From the human T2T-CHM13v2.0 reference genome, Homo sapiens: DNA of 64,000 nucleotides. The stretch is taken from the NCBI RefSeq assembly GCF_009914755.1, contig NC_060931.1; one strand, 5' to 3'. The position numbers were made by a program, and so were the translations under genes. This document shows, piece by piece, positions 27,423 to 40,899 of this stretch (position 1 is its first letter; every line of letters begins with the position of its first letter). The notes under the pieces were generated by a model. That model saw nothing but the letters and a program-made list of their open reading frames with translations, was not told the DNA's origin and searched no databases.

Positions 27423-30400
27423 GGGCTTTCTATTCTGTTCCACTAATCCATTCTGTTCCATTCATCTATATGATTAGTTTTACGTTAATATCACACTATT
27501 GGGATTGCTGTAGCTTTGTAATATATTTCAAAGTCAGAAAATGTGAGGCCTCTGTTTCTCTTTCTTAGGATTGTTTTGGATATTCAGGGTCCGTTGTGGT
27601 TCCATATGAATTTTAGAACTGTCCTTTCTATTTCTCTAAAATTATCATTGGAATTTATACAATTCCAAGGGATTACATCAAATCTGTAAATTGCTTTGGC
27701 TAGTATTAGAATTTAAAAATATTCTTTCAATTCATGAAAATGAGGTGGCTTTCCATTTACTTGTGTCTTCCTTAATTTCTTTCAGCAATATTTTGCAGTA
27801 TTCAGTGTACAAGTCTTTCCCCCACTGGCTAACTTTATTCCAAAGTATTTTATTCATTTTGATGCCATTGCAAATGGATTGTTTTCTTAATTTCCTTTTC
27901 AGAATGTTTGCCATTTGTGTTTTTTTGAATCTTTACTTTGAATCCTGCAACTTTGCTGAATTCATTTTATTAGTTCTAAGAGCTTTTTGTTGAATCGTTA
28001 GGGTTTTTTTATATATAAGATGATGTTTTCTGTGAATAGAAAAAATTTTACTTCTTCCTTTCCATTTTGGATCCCTTTTGTATCTTTTTCTTGCTGAATT
28101 ATTTTAGCTAGGACTTTATGTACTTCATAAAGGCATCCTTGCCTTGTTCCTGATCCTGATCTTAGAAGAAGGGATTTCAGTTTTTCTTCATTAATATGAT
28201 GTGAGCTGTGGGTTTTTACATATGGCCTTTATTCTGTTGGAATAATTTCCTTCTATTCCTATTTTTTCAAGTGTTTTTCTAACAAGAGAATGTTGAATTT
28301 CATCAAATGCTCTTTCTCCATCTACGGAGATGAACACGTTATTTTAATTGTTTTGTTAATTAAGCATATTATATTGATTTTCACATGTTGAACCCTTCTT
28401 GCATTCCAGGAAAAAATCCATCATAATTATGGTGGATGATATTTTATAGTGCTGTTGAATTCAATTTGCTGGTATTTGTTGAGGATTTTGCATCTACATT
28501 CATTAGGAATATTTAATTTTTTTTCTTGTAGCGCCATTGTCTGGCTTTGATATTAGGGTTATGCTAGCTTCACAAAAAGAGTTTAGAATTGTTCTTTCTT
28601 CTTTAATTTTTTAGGAATGTTTGAGAAATATTGGCATTAATTCTTCCTTAAATGTTGGCAGAATTCTCTAGTAAAGTCACCTGCGCCTCAGATTTTCTTT
28701 GCTGGAAGATTTTTGATTACTAATTTAAACACCTTACTAGCTATAGATTTGTTCATATTTTGTATTTCTTCTTGATTCAGTGTTGTGGGTTGTATATTTC
28801 CAATAATTTGATTTTTTTCTAGGTTATCCAATTACTACCATAATCATTCACAGCAGTCTCTTATAATCTTTTTTTATTTCTGTGGAATCAATTGCAATGT
28901 CTACTTTTTCATTTTTAATTTTATTTGGTTGAGTCTTTTCTCCTTTTAATTGCCATATTCCATTGTATAGTAATACCACAGGTTTTTTTAAATCTATTCA
29001 CTTGCATTGGTTCTACTTTCTGGTTATAATGAAAATATGTGTGTGAAAATATCCTTTATTTGCATTAATCTGTATTATTTCCTTCCTTTTGCTGGGTTTG
29101 GGCTTAGTTCTTCTTTTTTAGTTCCTTGAGTTGTAAAGGTAGGTTGTTTATTTGAGATCTTTCTTCTTTTTTAAGGTAGGCATTTATTGTTATAAATTTC
29201 CCTCTTTAGTACTGCCTTTGCTGCATTTCTAAGTTTTGCTATGTTGTGTTTTTTTATTTTTTTGTCAGCTTGTTTTCTAATATTCTTTTTGATTTCTTCT
29301 TTGACTCATTGGTTGTTCAATAGTATGTTGTTTAATTTCCATATATTTGTAAATGTTTCAGTTTTCCTTCTACTATTGAATTTTTGCTTCATCCTACTTT
29401 TGGTCAAAACAGGTTCTTGATTTCCTTTGTCTTAAGTTTGTTAAGACTTGTTTTGTGACCTAACATTTGATCTATCCTGGAGAATGTGTCAGCATATGTC
29501 ACTTTGCCAGATAATTTATATACCTCCATTTTTGAAGGGTTGATATTTGGAAACTTATTTTCTTCCTTTTATTGGGCCATGTTTCCCTGTTTCCTTGTGT
29601 GCCTTTTAATTTTGTGTTGCGATTCTAGGATTTGAAAAAAATAACCACTTCTCCCTGTCTTTACAGACTGGTTTTGCACTGGTAAATCCTTTCACCAGTC
29701 AGCCCAATTAGAGATTCTGAAGTATGTCAAATCTTTCTGTGAATGTATTGTCTCTGGAATTGTGTGTAAATTCTTAGAAAAATTTGCAGGTCTTTCTTCA
29801 GGAGCATGTAATCTCTTGCTCTCTTTGTTATCTATCTGTAATACTGTAGGTTATCTGGAGTTACTATAACCCCCTAGCTCTCTTTTGTTCTCAGCAGTCC
29901 TCAGACATCAAGAGTATCCGGTCAGACAGAAAACAGTCCGTCAGGCTGACTTGGAAAAGTTGGAATTCTGGATGCACACTCCAGCTTTTTCCTTCTCCAA
30001 GGGGAAGCCAGGAGTTGAGGGTTTTCTCCCACTCATTGGATATTGATCCAGGGAAGGATGGTATGACAAGTGAATGTATGCTAACCCAAACTTCCTCAAC
30101 TCATTTGTTCTTAATATCCCCAACCTGGAAAGCTTTCCTGTTAGCGCTTAAATTCAGGCAAGACAGAAAACAATCACTTGGCAACTCCCCTGAAGTCTGA
30201 ACACTGAATGTGTGTTGCAGTATTCTCTTTCACTTCTGTGGGGGAATCAGGAATTGTATTCTCTCAATCTTGTTATACTGAGTCACAGGAGGAATGATGG
30301 TGATTGAGTGACAGTCCAAACTGTGGCTTTATCAGCAGGCATGCAATCTGGCATCCTTTCCTGTTAGCACTTAGATTCAGGGTAGATAGGTGCTAGTGCC

Positions 30401-30854
30401 CTCCCAAAAAGTCAAAATGTTGGACATATGGTCTAGACTTTTCTTTCTCCCCCTAGAGATGAGCTGGGAGTTTGGAGCTTTCTCTCCATTGCGTTCTGCT
30501 GCTGAGGGATGATGAGTGAGTGCAACAAATTTACCTGCTGGTTTAGATGTGCCTGGCTTGAAGCCTACCAGGGAATACAGAGTCTTTAAATTTGCCTCTG
30601 TAATTTTCACAAAGGGGATTTATCTGTGTATTATTGTGGAGCTGGTGTCTCCTTGGAGAGGAGGGTGGAGGGGCTTTGAGGCTTTCTATTTCATCATCTA
30701 GCTGGTGTCCTGACAGGAATTTTAAACTGGGCTCCTTTCCCCGCATTGTTGGAGAATGGATCCTGGCTGATTATAGGTACTCATGAAATACTGGATAAAT
30801 TATTATTTATCATTTACTTACAAATATTTAAAATTTTTATTATGGGAAATAAGT

Positions 30855-31175
30855 TTTTAATCACTATTAAAGTTTGTTGAAGCACTAATTCATTACTGTG
30901 AAAAGTGGGGAGGGGAATAAAAATCAAGAATTTGTCTACTTTTCTTGCTCTTCCTGTCCAAACTGTGTTTTGGTGTAATCAATACACATTTGGGAGGAAA
31001 TGTTCTTTTAGAAATTATTCCAGCTAATAAATGAAGAAAAAAATGAAAGAATGTAGTACCCTGTTATAACACCTAGTAAAATAATGGTTGAAACAAGTTT
31101 TCTAATGAATGAAAAAACTGTTAGTTGAAAAGTTGATGCAAACCTTTACTGTGGAGGAATGTAGCTGACATTAAT
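30855..31175 (+). mobile_element. L1MC4/5-like 3' UTR fragment
   Basis: TTATTCCAGCTAATAAATGAAGAA motif. Confidence 0.6.
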
Positions 31176-31663
31176 TTCTTATCTGAATTACATTTTTGAA
31201 ACTTTATGACTCTTTGAATTTAAAAGGGATTTTGGTGTCATTATTTTTTCTTTTACAGTCTCTTTTTTCACATAAAAATCAACTATTAACTGATTGGTTT
31301 TATGGTCTTTTGGAAAGAGACTATATAAATTCTGCTTTTTGTATGAAGATCTCTTTTACACTGTCAGAGGAAATTTTATCTCTGGTAAGCTCTGATTTCA
31401 TCTTTCAATTTTATTTTGAATTTCTTTCTTTGTCTTTTGTTTTATCAGCACCTTGTTTAATTTAAAATAGATTCAATGTCAACAGTCAAGGAGTTAACTC
31501 AGGAAACTAATTTATCCAGAAATACAAATATTTTTGCATATATTTTATCCTTTGTTTTAGATCTTTAATATGTAATTTCTAAAAATGAAATATGGACAGT
31601 TTGCTTGATTTCTGAGCATAGTCAATGAATAATTTTACCAAAATAAGCAAACATTTTTCGAGC

Positions 31664-31970
<307 letters not shown>

Positions 31971-32221
31971 TGATATAATGAATTACTGGGGAAACCTTTT
32001 AATATAATGTTAGACAGCCCATTTAAAAAGAATCTAGTATAATTATTATATTCTATATATGACTACATTTCACAGTGAAGTAACTTAGCACTCTGTATTT
32101 ATAATGCTTTGAAAATACATGTTAGTTGCTGATTTTATATTCCAAACAGAAATTATAGGACACCATATTATATAAACACAAGAATTCAATATTAATTTTC
32201 ACACTTTAAAACAATAATCTT

Positions 32222-32527
32222 GGCCTTGCGTGGTGGATTGCGCCTGTATTCCCAGTAATTTGGGAGGTCGAGGCAGGCGGATCACGAGGTCAGAAGATTG
32301 AGACGATCCTGGCTAACACAATGAAACCCCGTCTCTAATGAAAATACAAAAAAAAAAAAAAATTAGCCGGGCGCGGTGGCGGGTGCCTGTAGTCCCGCTA
32401 CTCGAGAGGCTGAGGCAGGAGAATGGCATGAAGCCAGGAGGGTGAGCTCACAGTGAGCCGAGATGGCGCCACTGCACTCCAGCCTGGATGACACAGTGAG
32501 ACTCCGTCTCAAAAAAAAAAAAAAAAA
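32222..32527 (+). mobile_element. AluY
   Basis: ATCCTGGCTAACAC, GGAGAATGGCATGAA and GAGCT Y diagnostics; expanded middle A run; A17 tail. Confidence 0.93.
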
Positions 32528-33707
32528 CTTTCAATTTTTAAAATTTTTCTCAAACTACCCATCAGAGAAGTTTAACATGTCCATTTACATTTCTATGATG
32601 TTATACGGAAATATTTTATTTCTTTCCCCAGAATAATATAGGCAAAATCTCTCCCTCTGACTATACACACCTGGCATTGTTATTTTAATTGTTTAAGGGT
32701 TTCTATCTCTTCCTATTCTGAATAATTACTCTCTTTTTGAGCTTTCTTGCAGTAACCGTTTTAAATAGTCTCTAGACAACTTTCTAGATTCTAGGATCCA
32801 CATTAATCTTCCTGCCGTTGCAGTTTCTGTCTTCTCCAAGAGGCTAGCTTTTATGAGAACAAAATAGTCATATCTTCTTTAAAGAAGAGTTTCCAGTGTA
32901 AAGACTAAAAGTTTAAGTTAATTGTAAAGGAAAGACTCCAGTTAGAGGAGAAAATATTTCATTTTAAGATGAATGTTTCAGAACACAATTACTATATTGA
33001 AGATGACTCTCACTATAGCCACATTAATTACGCCTATTTCAGTTTAAGGAGACACATTAACAAATCTTAAATCTCTGAAAAGAAATCAAATCTGATACAT
33101 AGTGGAGAAGTATGAGTCCTGACCAAGAGATTTTCTTGGAAGACATAGATTGACTTATAGCAAATGTTACCTGAAGTAGTAAAATCTTACACTTTATTTT
33201 TATAGAAAACAGACAATAAAAATCTTTCTAAATTAATGCATAGGTACTTTTGTAAAAATAACATAAAAATATCTGATTAACTTAGATACATAAGTTATTT
33301 AAGTTCCAAAATAAAGAATGAGAGAAGTTTATAGTTTGTCTGACTTTTATTCTTTTCAGTCCATAATTAATTCCATAGATAGAATAATTTATAATGTAAC
33401 TTTAATCATTACATCCTTTGATCAAAAATATACAGATATTCTTAATTTTTTTCTCATATTTACTTAAATTATTTTTCATCGCTTTAATATTTCTTTATTC
33501 ACTGGTCCCACAATAGTTCACTAAGTTTCATATTTCTTGGTTTTGTAAAAAATTTTCCAATTCAGCTCCTGAGCACAATTAGTACTCTTCTCTCCTCTTC
33601 CTTTGTATTCTTTTTAGGCTCAACCCCATGGCTTTCCTTTTGTACTCTCTAGGCCAAGAATGTTCTTTCTTCTTCCTACCATTTAACCATTATTCATTTT
33701 TCATGAC

Positions 33708-34079
33708 TGTATTAGTCTGTTTTCACACTGTCATAAAAGACTTTCCTGAGACTGAGTAATTTATAAAGGAAAAAAGGTTTAATTGACTCACAGTTCTGCA
33801 TGCTGGAGAAGCCTCAGGAAACTTACCATGATGGTGGGAGGAGAAGCAGACATATCTTCTATGGTGGCAGGCAAGGGAGAAAGTAAGCATGTGAAGGAGG
33901 AACTGTCAAACACTTATAAACCCATCAGATCTCTTGAGAACTTAACTCATTATCATGAGAACAGCATGGGGGAATCTGCTCCCATGATCCAATCACCTCC
34001 CACCAGGTTCCTTCCTTTACATGTGGGGATTAAAATTCAAGATGAGATTTGGTTGGGGACACAGAGCCAAACCATATCA
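33708..34079 (-). mobile_element. THE1D/MSTA-type MaLR solo LTR
   Basis: TGTATTAGTC...CAAACCATATCA; TSD ATGAC/ATGGC. Confidence 0.92.
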
Positions 34080-34769
34080 ATGGCCAAAATAACGTATATT
34101 TTTCTTTTCTCTTCTATTCCTGACTATGTCCTTTCTGAATTTCTTCCATACTTTCAACCTGCCCCACAAAAGGCAGAGCTTACTCATATTTCTTATCCTG
34201 TTGTTTAAAAATTAATTTTGCTTGAGTTTGAGAATAATAGTCAATAGGCAGGGGACAAGCAGGCCGTCAACAGCATCCTTTATTTTGGCAGAAATTATTC
34301 TGAATCAAACTTACCTTGTCATGGGTATAATTACATGATCTCAAAAAGAATTAAAAATCTCTATCACTTGAACCACAGTTTCCCTTAGCATATTTAATAT
34401 ACTTCATTTTTGTCAGCTAACAAATGTTAGCTAATATTTTTACCATCAAGATGAATATCCTTTGGCAAAAGTATCTCTGTTTCATTAGTACATATTGAGA
34501 GTTGGACCCTATGGCTTCCCAACTTGCTCAGGAATGGGGAAGCTAGGGTACCCAGATAGGTAATCTTCTGTTTTGATACTTATATCCTGACTGTACACAG
34601 TGTCAAATCTCGGTCTTGACCTAGCAGGCACACATTAACACAACATGAAGGAAGGAAAAAGTCATTTATGAAACTACAATGGCTGCAGTAGTTATTTGGT
34701 AGTCCTCTTTTTAAAAATTTCCTTTTAATTGAAATGAAAGTTTGTAAGTGATCATACTGTAAATGATAT

Positions 34770-35210
34770 AACATTTTATAATGTTTTATTACAAAAACTC
34801 AAACACTCCAGGAGTGAATTAAATGTAAATTGAAATCTCCCTCTCTCTACAATCCCACTTGCCTCATCATTTCCTCTATTCTTTAGAAATCCACCGACAA
34901 CAATTTAATTAGAACTCAAATACTCTCACTCATAAAATGCATATGTGTACTTTTTTAAAAATGAGATTTTGCTAATTATGATTTGTAGTGACCTGATATT
35001 TCATTCGAAAATACATTGGATATCTTGCTGTCATTTAAAATGACTGTAAAATGTTAATTTTTACCAGTATTTTTATAAAACATATATATTGAAAATTCAA
35101 GTCATTACCATCTTTGCAGTTTTTTATAAACTTGTATAATGAACAGCTTTGCACATATTAGTTAGCACACTTGTTCAATTATTTAATAGAGATCTAATCT
35201 GAGGAGTTGA
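34770..35210 (-). mobile_element. L1ME 3' remnant
   Basis: AAAAATGAGATTTTGCTA; TATAATGAACAGCTTTGCACATAT. Confidence 0.5.
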
Positions 35211-35211
35211 G

Positions 35212-35431
35212 AATTTTCAACTCTTTCTCAGGACCATTCCTTTGGAGTGATTTTGGAAATGTAGGTTATTTTTGGTTGTATCAATGATGGAGACATGACA
35301 AGCACTTACAAGTAAAGGGTAGAGATCACATGCAGCATGCATTGGGCCAAACAGTGCATTGAGACAAACAGTTCTATATAAGGAAGAATTGCTTCGTGTG
35401 AAGGCCCAATAGCACCTCTTGGAGAAACATG
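35212..35431. mobile_element. MER20-like hAT-Charlie fossil
   Basis: TTTTTGGTTGTATCAATGATGG and AAGAATTG...CCAATAGCACC...GAGAAACATG terminal motif. Confidence 0.4.
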
Positions 35432-35543
35432 GCAACACGAAGTATTTCACTGTCTACTTTAAGAAATGTTGCACTATTTGTGCATTTTACAATAAATATC
35501 TATTCATCTTATAATCTGTAAAACGATATACTATTATTTAAAG

Positions 35544-35887
<344 letters not shown>

Positions 35888-35914
35888 TAATCTTCTCTCA
35901 TCCCATCCAAAAAT

Positions 35915-36285
35915 GGAATTTTTCAATAAATCCAAAAAATTGTTTCTTTGAAAAGACAAATAAATTAGATGACAAAAAGAGAGAGCCTATTAAAATATAA
36001 CATGAAAAATGGAAAACTGGATAATTGAAAATTTCAAAAGAATGCAATATGTACCTTTTGGTCATTATATTTGAAAATATATATGAAGAGGTTAATTTTT
36101 AGGGAAAATTTAACTATAAAAATAAATCTAGAGAAATGAGAACATTTGAAGATATCAACAATAGAAAAAAATGAAACCGGTGTAAAGTTATAGCACCTTT
36201 AAAAGCTCAAGGTCCAGCTGTGTCTCAAGCAGGTCCTCTTAAACTTAATGGAAAAGTTAATTCCTATGTTGTTCAAACTATTCTT
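35915..36285 (+). mobile_element. Old L1 ORF2 remnant
   Basis: TCAATAAATCCAAAAAATTGTTTCTTTGAAAAGACAAATAAA; AATTCCTATGTTGTTCAAACTATTC. Confidence 0.65.
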
Positions 36286-36599
36286 TTGGTTAATGGGAGC
36301 AAAGAAAGCATATCTCCCCCTCCATTTATTTCTTAAAACAACTGAAAACCAAAAGAAAAATCAATGTACAAAGAAAAAAACTCCACCAATTTTGTTAAAA
36401 ATAAACACCATTAAAAATTATAAACCAAACTTTGAAGACTAGTTGTTAGTGCCATAACAATTAAGTCTTTCTTCAAAAAATGGTGAGAGTAGATGCAGAC
36501 ACCTGAGCAAATATGGCATGTTAAACCCATAGAGAGACTTATTTTCCCACCTGAAACTATAACATGATGGCAAATGGCTTATTCAAGTGATATAAAAAG

Positions 36600-38345
36600 A
36601 AAACAGCAACACTTGAAAATAGGAAGTCCATAAATGGCTGGTAACTGACTTAGCTTACCAAAATGTGCAAAATTGTAAGTAGCGGGGAAATCTGATTCTA
36701 CAAAATGTTCATAAATTGGTTGCACGGGATACCTCTGAAAGTAGAAGTAAAGGTAGGGCTAAAACCCATGAAGATTGGTTGAAAGACTGTTTCCAATGCC
36801 CACTCCATCAAGCCTCGTGAATGCCTCTAGGTTCTGCTGGTGGAAAAGTAGACATTTGCTGTCTAGAGAGGTAACAGGGAATCTTAGTACTGGCAATATC
36901 ATCTTCAACGGTCATACATAAATTAGGGGGGCAAAATGAACAGTAACTACTGAAAGCTAGATCTCCCCAATTTTCACCTCTATCTAGATTCAAAACATAA
37001 CAGTCTATTAGTCTTATATCCTCAGAGAAGACTGGAAGACTCTAGTTGGAAGATCATGATCAGCCCAAAGGAATAGACCAGTGGATATGTCATGAGGAGC
37101 TTTTCTGGGAAAACTTCTCGACCTGATTGCCCTGTCTGGAAGCCACAGTTGACAATTATTACCTAAGAACCTGAAGCTTACTGGAAACGTTTATTGTATT
37201 GCTCTTGAACACAAACAGATAACCAACAATCACGAGATTCTAGGTACAGCCAATAACAAACACAGAAACAAAAAATAAACAAAACAACTGAAAGTAAACA
37301 GAGTCTATACAGTGTGGGAAAAAAGTAATTATTAATTTCCTCAGAGAGGGAAGATAATACAACAAGAACAAGGTGTGATATAAAATGGATATTCAAAAAA
37401 ATAGAATTCTTAAAAATTAAGAAATTTATTGCAGAAATATATAACTTAATGGGAGATTTGGAAGGTAAAGCTGACTGCATCTCCAGACAAGTTAGTGTAA
37501 ACAGAGTTGGGAATGAGAAAGGGAAAGTTTAATGAATTAAATAATTGGTCCTATACGGCCAGCAACAAAATACAGGCATTTGGGAAAAGAAAAAAGTACA
37601 ATGAAGTATGATATATGTAAATAATTTTTTGAAATGGGTAAGAGTTAAAGTGTATGAATTTCAGATTGAATGTGTCCACCAGAATTCAAGCCAGTGGTGA
37701 AAATAGACCTAGACCAACACAAACACACACACACACACATCAGCACACTCCGGAAAAAAAAAAAAAGAAGACACTTCAAATTTCCAGAGAAGAGAAATCA
37801 AAATGGTCACTAGAAGACAAACAAAGCCTTATAAATTGCAAAACAAATTATTTCTAATGCAGAATAGTATCTCCAACCAAACTGTAAATCAGGTAGGAGG
37901 AAACAATAATAAGCATTTACAGCATGGCAAGATTCTAAAAGTCTACATCCAATACATCCTATCTCAGGAATTTACTGGAGAAGAGTTTCACTAAAATGAG
38001 GAAGTAAATGAAGAAAGAGTAGGGTATAAAGTACAGGGAATCTCCTGGTTGTTAGATGTACAGTATGTGTACACAGCAACGTGTGTAAATTAGAGCTATC
38101 TAGAAAAAAAATTCAAAAAGATAAATCTGATAAAATGTCTAATGCTTCTGAATGCATTATGAGACTCATTAGAAAACTGGGGTAGAGTTTGGAGTTGGTA
38201 CTTTGATACATACATAGAAAAACAAACAAAAAAAAATTTTAAGAAATTGTCAGTTTAAAGGAAAAAATGTTGTGTAGAAATGAAATTCAATCATTTATGC
38301 TCCATGTTTCAGGTGTGAGTAACATTTACCTAATTATAACAGTAC
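36600..38345 (+). mobile_element. HAL1-like / L1M ORF1 remnant
   Basis: GAATTTCAGATTGAATGTGTCCACC; TCTCAGGAATTTACTGGAGAAGAGTTTCACTAAAATGAGGAAGTAAATGAAGAAAGAG. Confidence 0.6.
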
Positions 38346-38348
38346 TAG

Positions 38349-38600
38349 TGTTACTGGAAAAAGGGGTCCCGATCCACACGTCAAGCGAGGGTTCTTGGGC
38401 CTCACAAAGGAAAGAATTCCAGGTGAGTCACAGAGTACAATGAGAAGGAGACATAGTTTGTTGAAAGCTACTGCCTTTTAGAGTAGGGCGTCCTCAGAAA
38501 GCAACCGAAGGAATGTACCCTCTTTGTTTTCAGTTTTTCTGTTATAGGAGTTTTGTCTATGTAAAGACTAAATTGAATTGTCTATGTAAAGACTAAATTG
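38349..38600 (-). mobile_element. MER4-family ERV1 LTR, truncated
   Basis: TGTTACTGGAAAAAGGGGTCCCGATCCA...GAGGGTTCTTGG...GAAAGAATTC terminus; only ~250 bp present. Confidence 0.8.
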
Positions 38601-39893
38601 GAAACAAAATAACAAGAAGGAATTTATGCATTATCTTCAAATCATGAGGAGTAAAATTCATACAATACCTATCGCTTAAAGAGTTTCATAGTGGTTACCA
38701 GTGGTCATTTTGTGATGTTTATCAATGTGATTCTTGAATGTAAAAAGGACTACTTATAAGATTTCATATTCTGAGTTAATGTGCAGCATATTACATTAAA
38801 TTGTTAACCAATTAAAAAATTTTTTGAGTTTAAATTAGAAATCTTATTGTTATATTTATAAATCTAGTGCATTAAAAATTATTTTTAAGGGGGACTTTGA
38901 TTAATGTTTGGTCCGTTTACAGCTTAGTTAATTAAACTCCCTTAAAGATTTTAAACTACATTTATAAATTTAATATGTTGAATTATCTTTGTGAACATTT
39001 TAATTATCGGACTAACAAATAAAGCCTTCAGAGTACTTAAACAACCCTTATAGAGCTAATAAATTAAACTCACAAAATCATGAATCTTAAATTATCTTCA
39101 ATGTTAAACCACTACTGGCAACTTGGTAAAACCGCTTATAATTTCAACTAAAAAAAAAACCCAATATCTAAAATATTCTGTTACACATTTAAAATTGGAA
39201 TGTAAAATGCTAATCTATATTTAAATAATAATACAATTATAAATAAATATCACATCTCTAAAGTATAAATATTATAGTTTTCATATATTTTGTCATCTCT
39301 AAACTTTTTTTCAGTGTTTTCTTGGGATAAAAAAAATCATAAAAACAATTACATTCTCTTAAGCAAATGGGGTTATCACCTCAGTGAGTTGTGGCTACTT
39401 TTTCAGGTTGTTTACCTATCAGAGATTTTGACTGGAAAATGAGATCTGGAGCTTCAGATACTCAGGGTAATTGTTTGTTTTTCCCTCATTAATATGGGAA
39501 CAAATTCTAACGCTGTAAAAGTTATGTTAATAGAGATTCCAAGCCCATGAACTCTAGGTGAAATGGCCATGCAATCCTTGTTTTCTAGATCCATGTTGCC
39601 TACATCTTTAGCCTGATTTTAGTATCTAACCTCCCTACTCTGATTGTTTAGGTACTAGATTAAATTTAAAAATCTATTTACTGTATGATTCTTGACAAAG
39701 TTCTTTTTATATTCTTCATACCTGGTGAAGTCATAACTTTTCTAGATATTTAAATTACATACACATGTATTATTTAATCTCATGTGTATATCTGATTCTG
39801 TGGTCACATTTCCCAAGGCCAGATAAATGACTGTAGCCAGACAGACGTAGGGCTAGGTGTAAAAAGAGATATTCCCACAGATTATATAGTTGC

Positions 39894-40664
39894 TGTGTAG
39901 AGAAAACTCTCTATGTTTTTCCTCTAGTCTCACACCACAAAGATCAATCAGCAACACACAAGACCTCTGTGACCAAATGTGTGGGGTTTTTCCTCCATAC
40001 ATACACCAAGAAGCAGACACCAGCTGAGTGTCCTCTAATTCAGTTCTGACACTACACTGTCTACCTGGAGATAGTGTCAGATCTCACAGGTCAGTCCCCA
40101 AGACTTCCCACCCTCAACCTACCAGCCACAAGTCCAGGCCTCTGAACTTCTGACCTACTGGCTTCAAGTTGGGTTCTCATGACCCCCTCTTTGGGTTCGA
40201 TTAATTTGTTGGAGTGGCTCACAGAACTCAGGGAAACACTTACATTTCCTGGTGTATTATAAAGGATATTGCAAAGGATATATGTGAAGAGACACTTAGA
40301 GCAATGCATGGGGGAAGGGAGCAGAGCTTCCATGCCATCCCTGGGTGGGCCACCCTCCATGGAACATCCATGTGTTCAACTACCCAGAAACTCACTGAAC
40401 CCTGTCCTCCTGGATTTTCATGGAAGTTTCATGATATCAGCATTCCTCCCTCCAGGGTATAGGGTGGGACTCTCTCCTGAGATGGTCTTAAGATCCACAA
40501 CCAGAAAGGCAGGAACATAAAAATGAAAAAAGGCCATGAGAAGGTGAGAGGCCTGCTCCTGAGGCCTAACACACCCAATATTATAACAAAAGACTGTAAC
40601 AAGTGCTAGGGGAGTTATAAGCCAGGAACTGTGGATGAAAACCAATATATATCATAACACCACA
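39894..40664 (-). mobile_element. MER21-family solo LTR
   Basis: TG...CA termini, exact 5-bp TSD GTTGC (39889-39893, 40665-40669); GGCTCACAGAACTCAGGGAAACACTTAC. Confidence 0.9.
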
Positions 40665-40899
40665 GTTGCTGAGAAAATATTCGTGGAAAATAGACCTAAA
40701 TTGATACTGCCTATTGACATAATTTACTTTACTGATCTTTTCCTTCACCATTTTAATAAATAGCTCAGACAATAATGAGTCCCATTCAAAGATAATAATA
40801 GAAAAGATACCAGCACTGTGCCTGTGTAACATATATTTCATGTTAGAGAAAAGCAACAAAGACAATATAATATTAAAAGACAGAAAAAAATTACATGCC

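Noticed and set aside
39393-39475. Possible small exon (TTTTTCAG acceptor, GGGTAATT donor)
   Set aside because: Weak signals, no partner exons and no meaningful frame.
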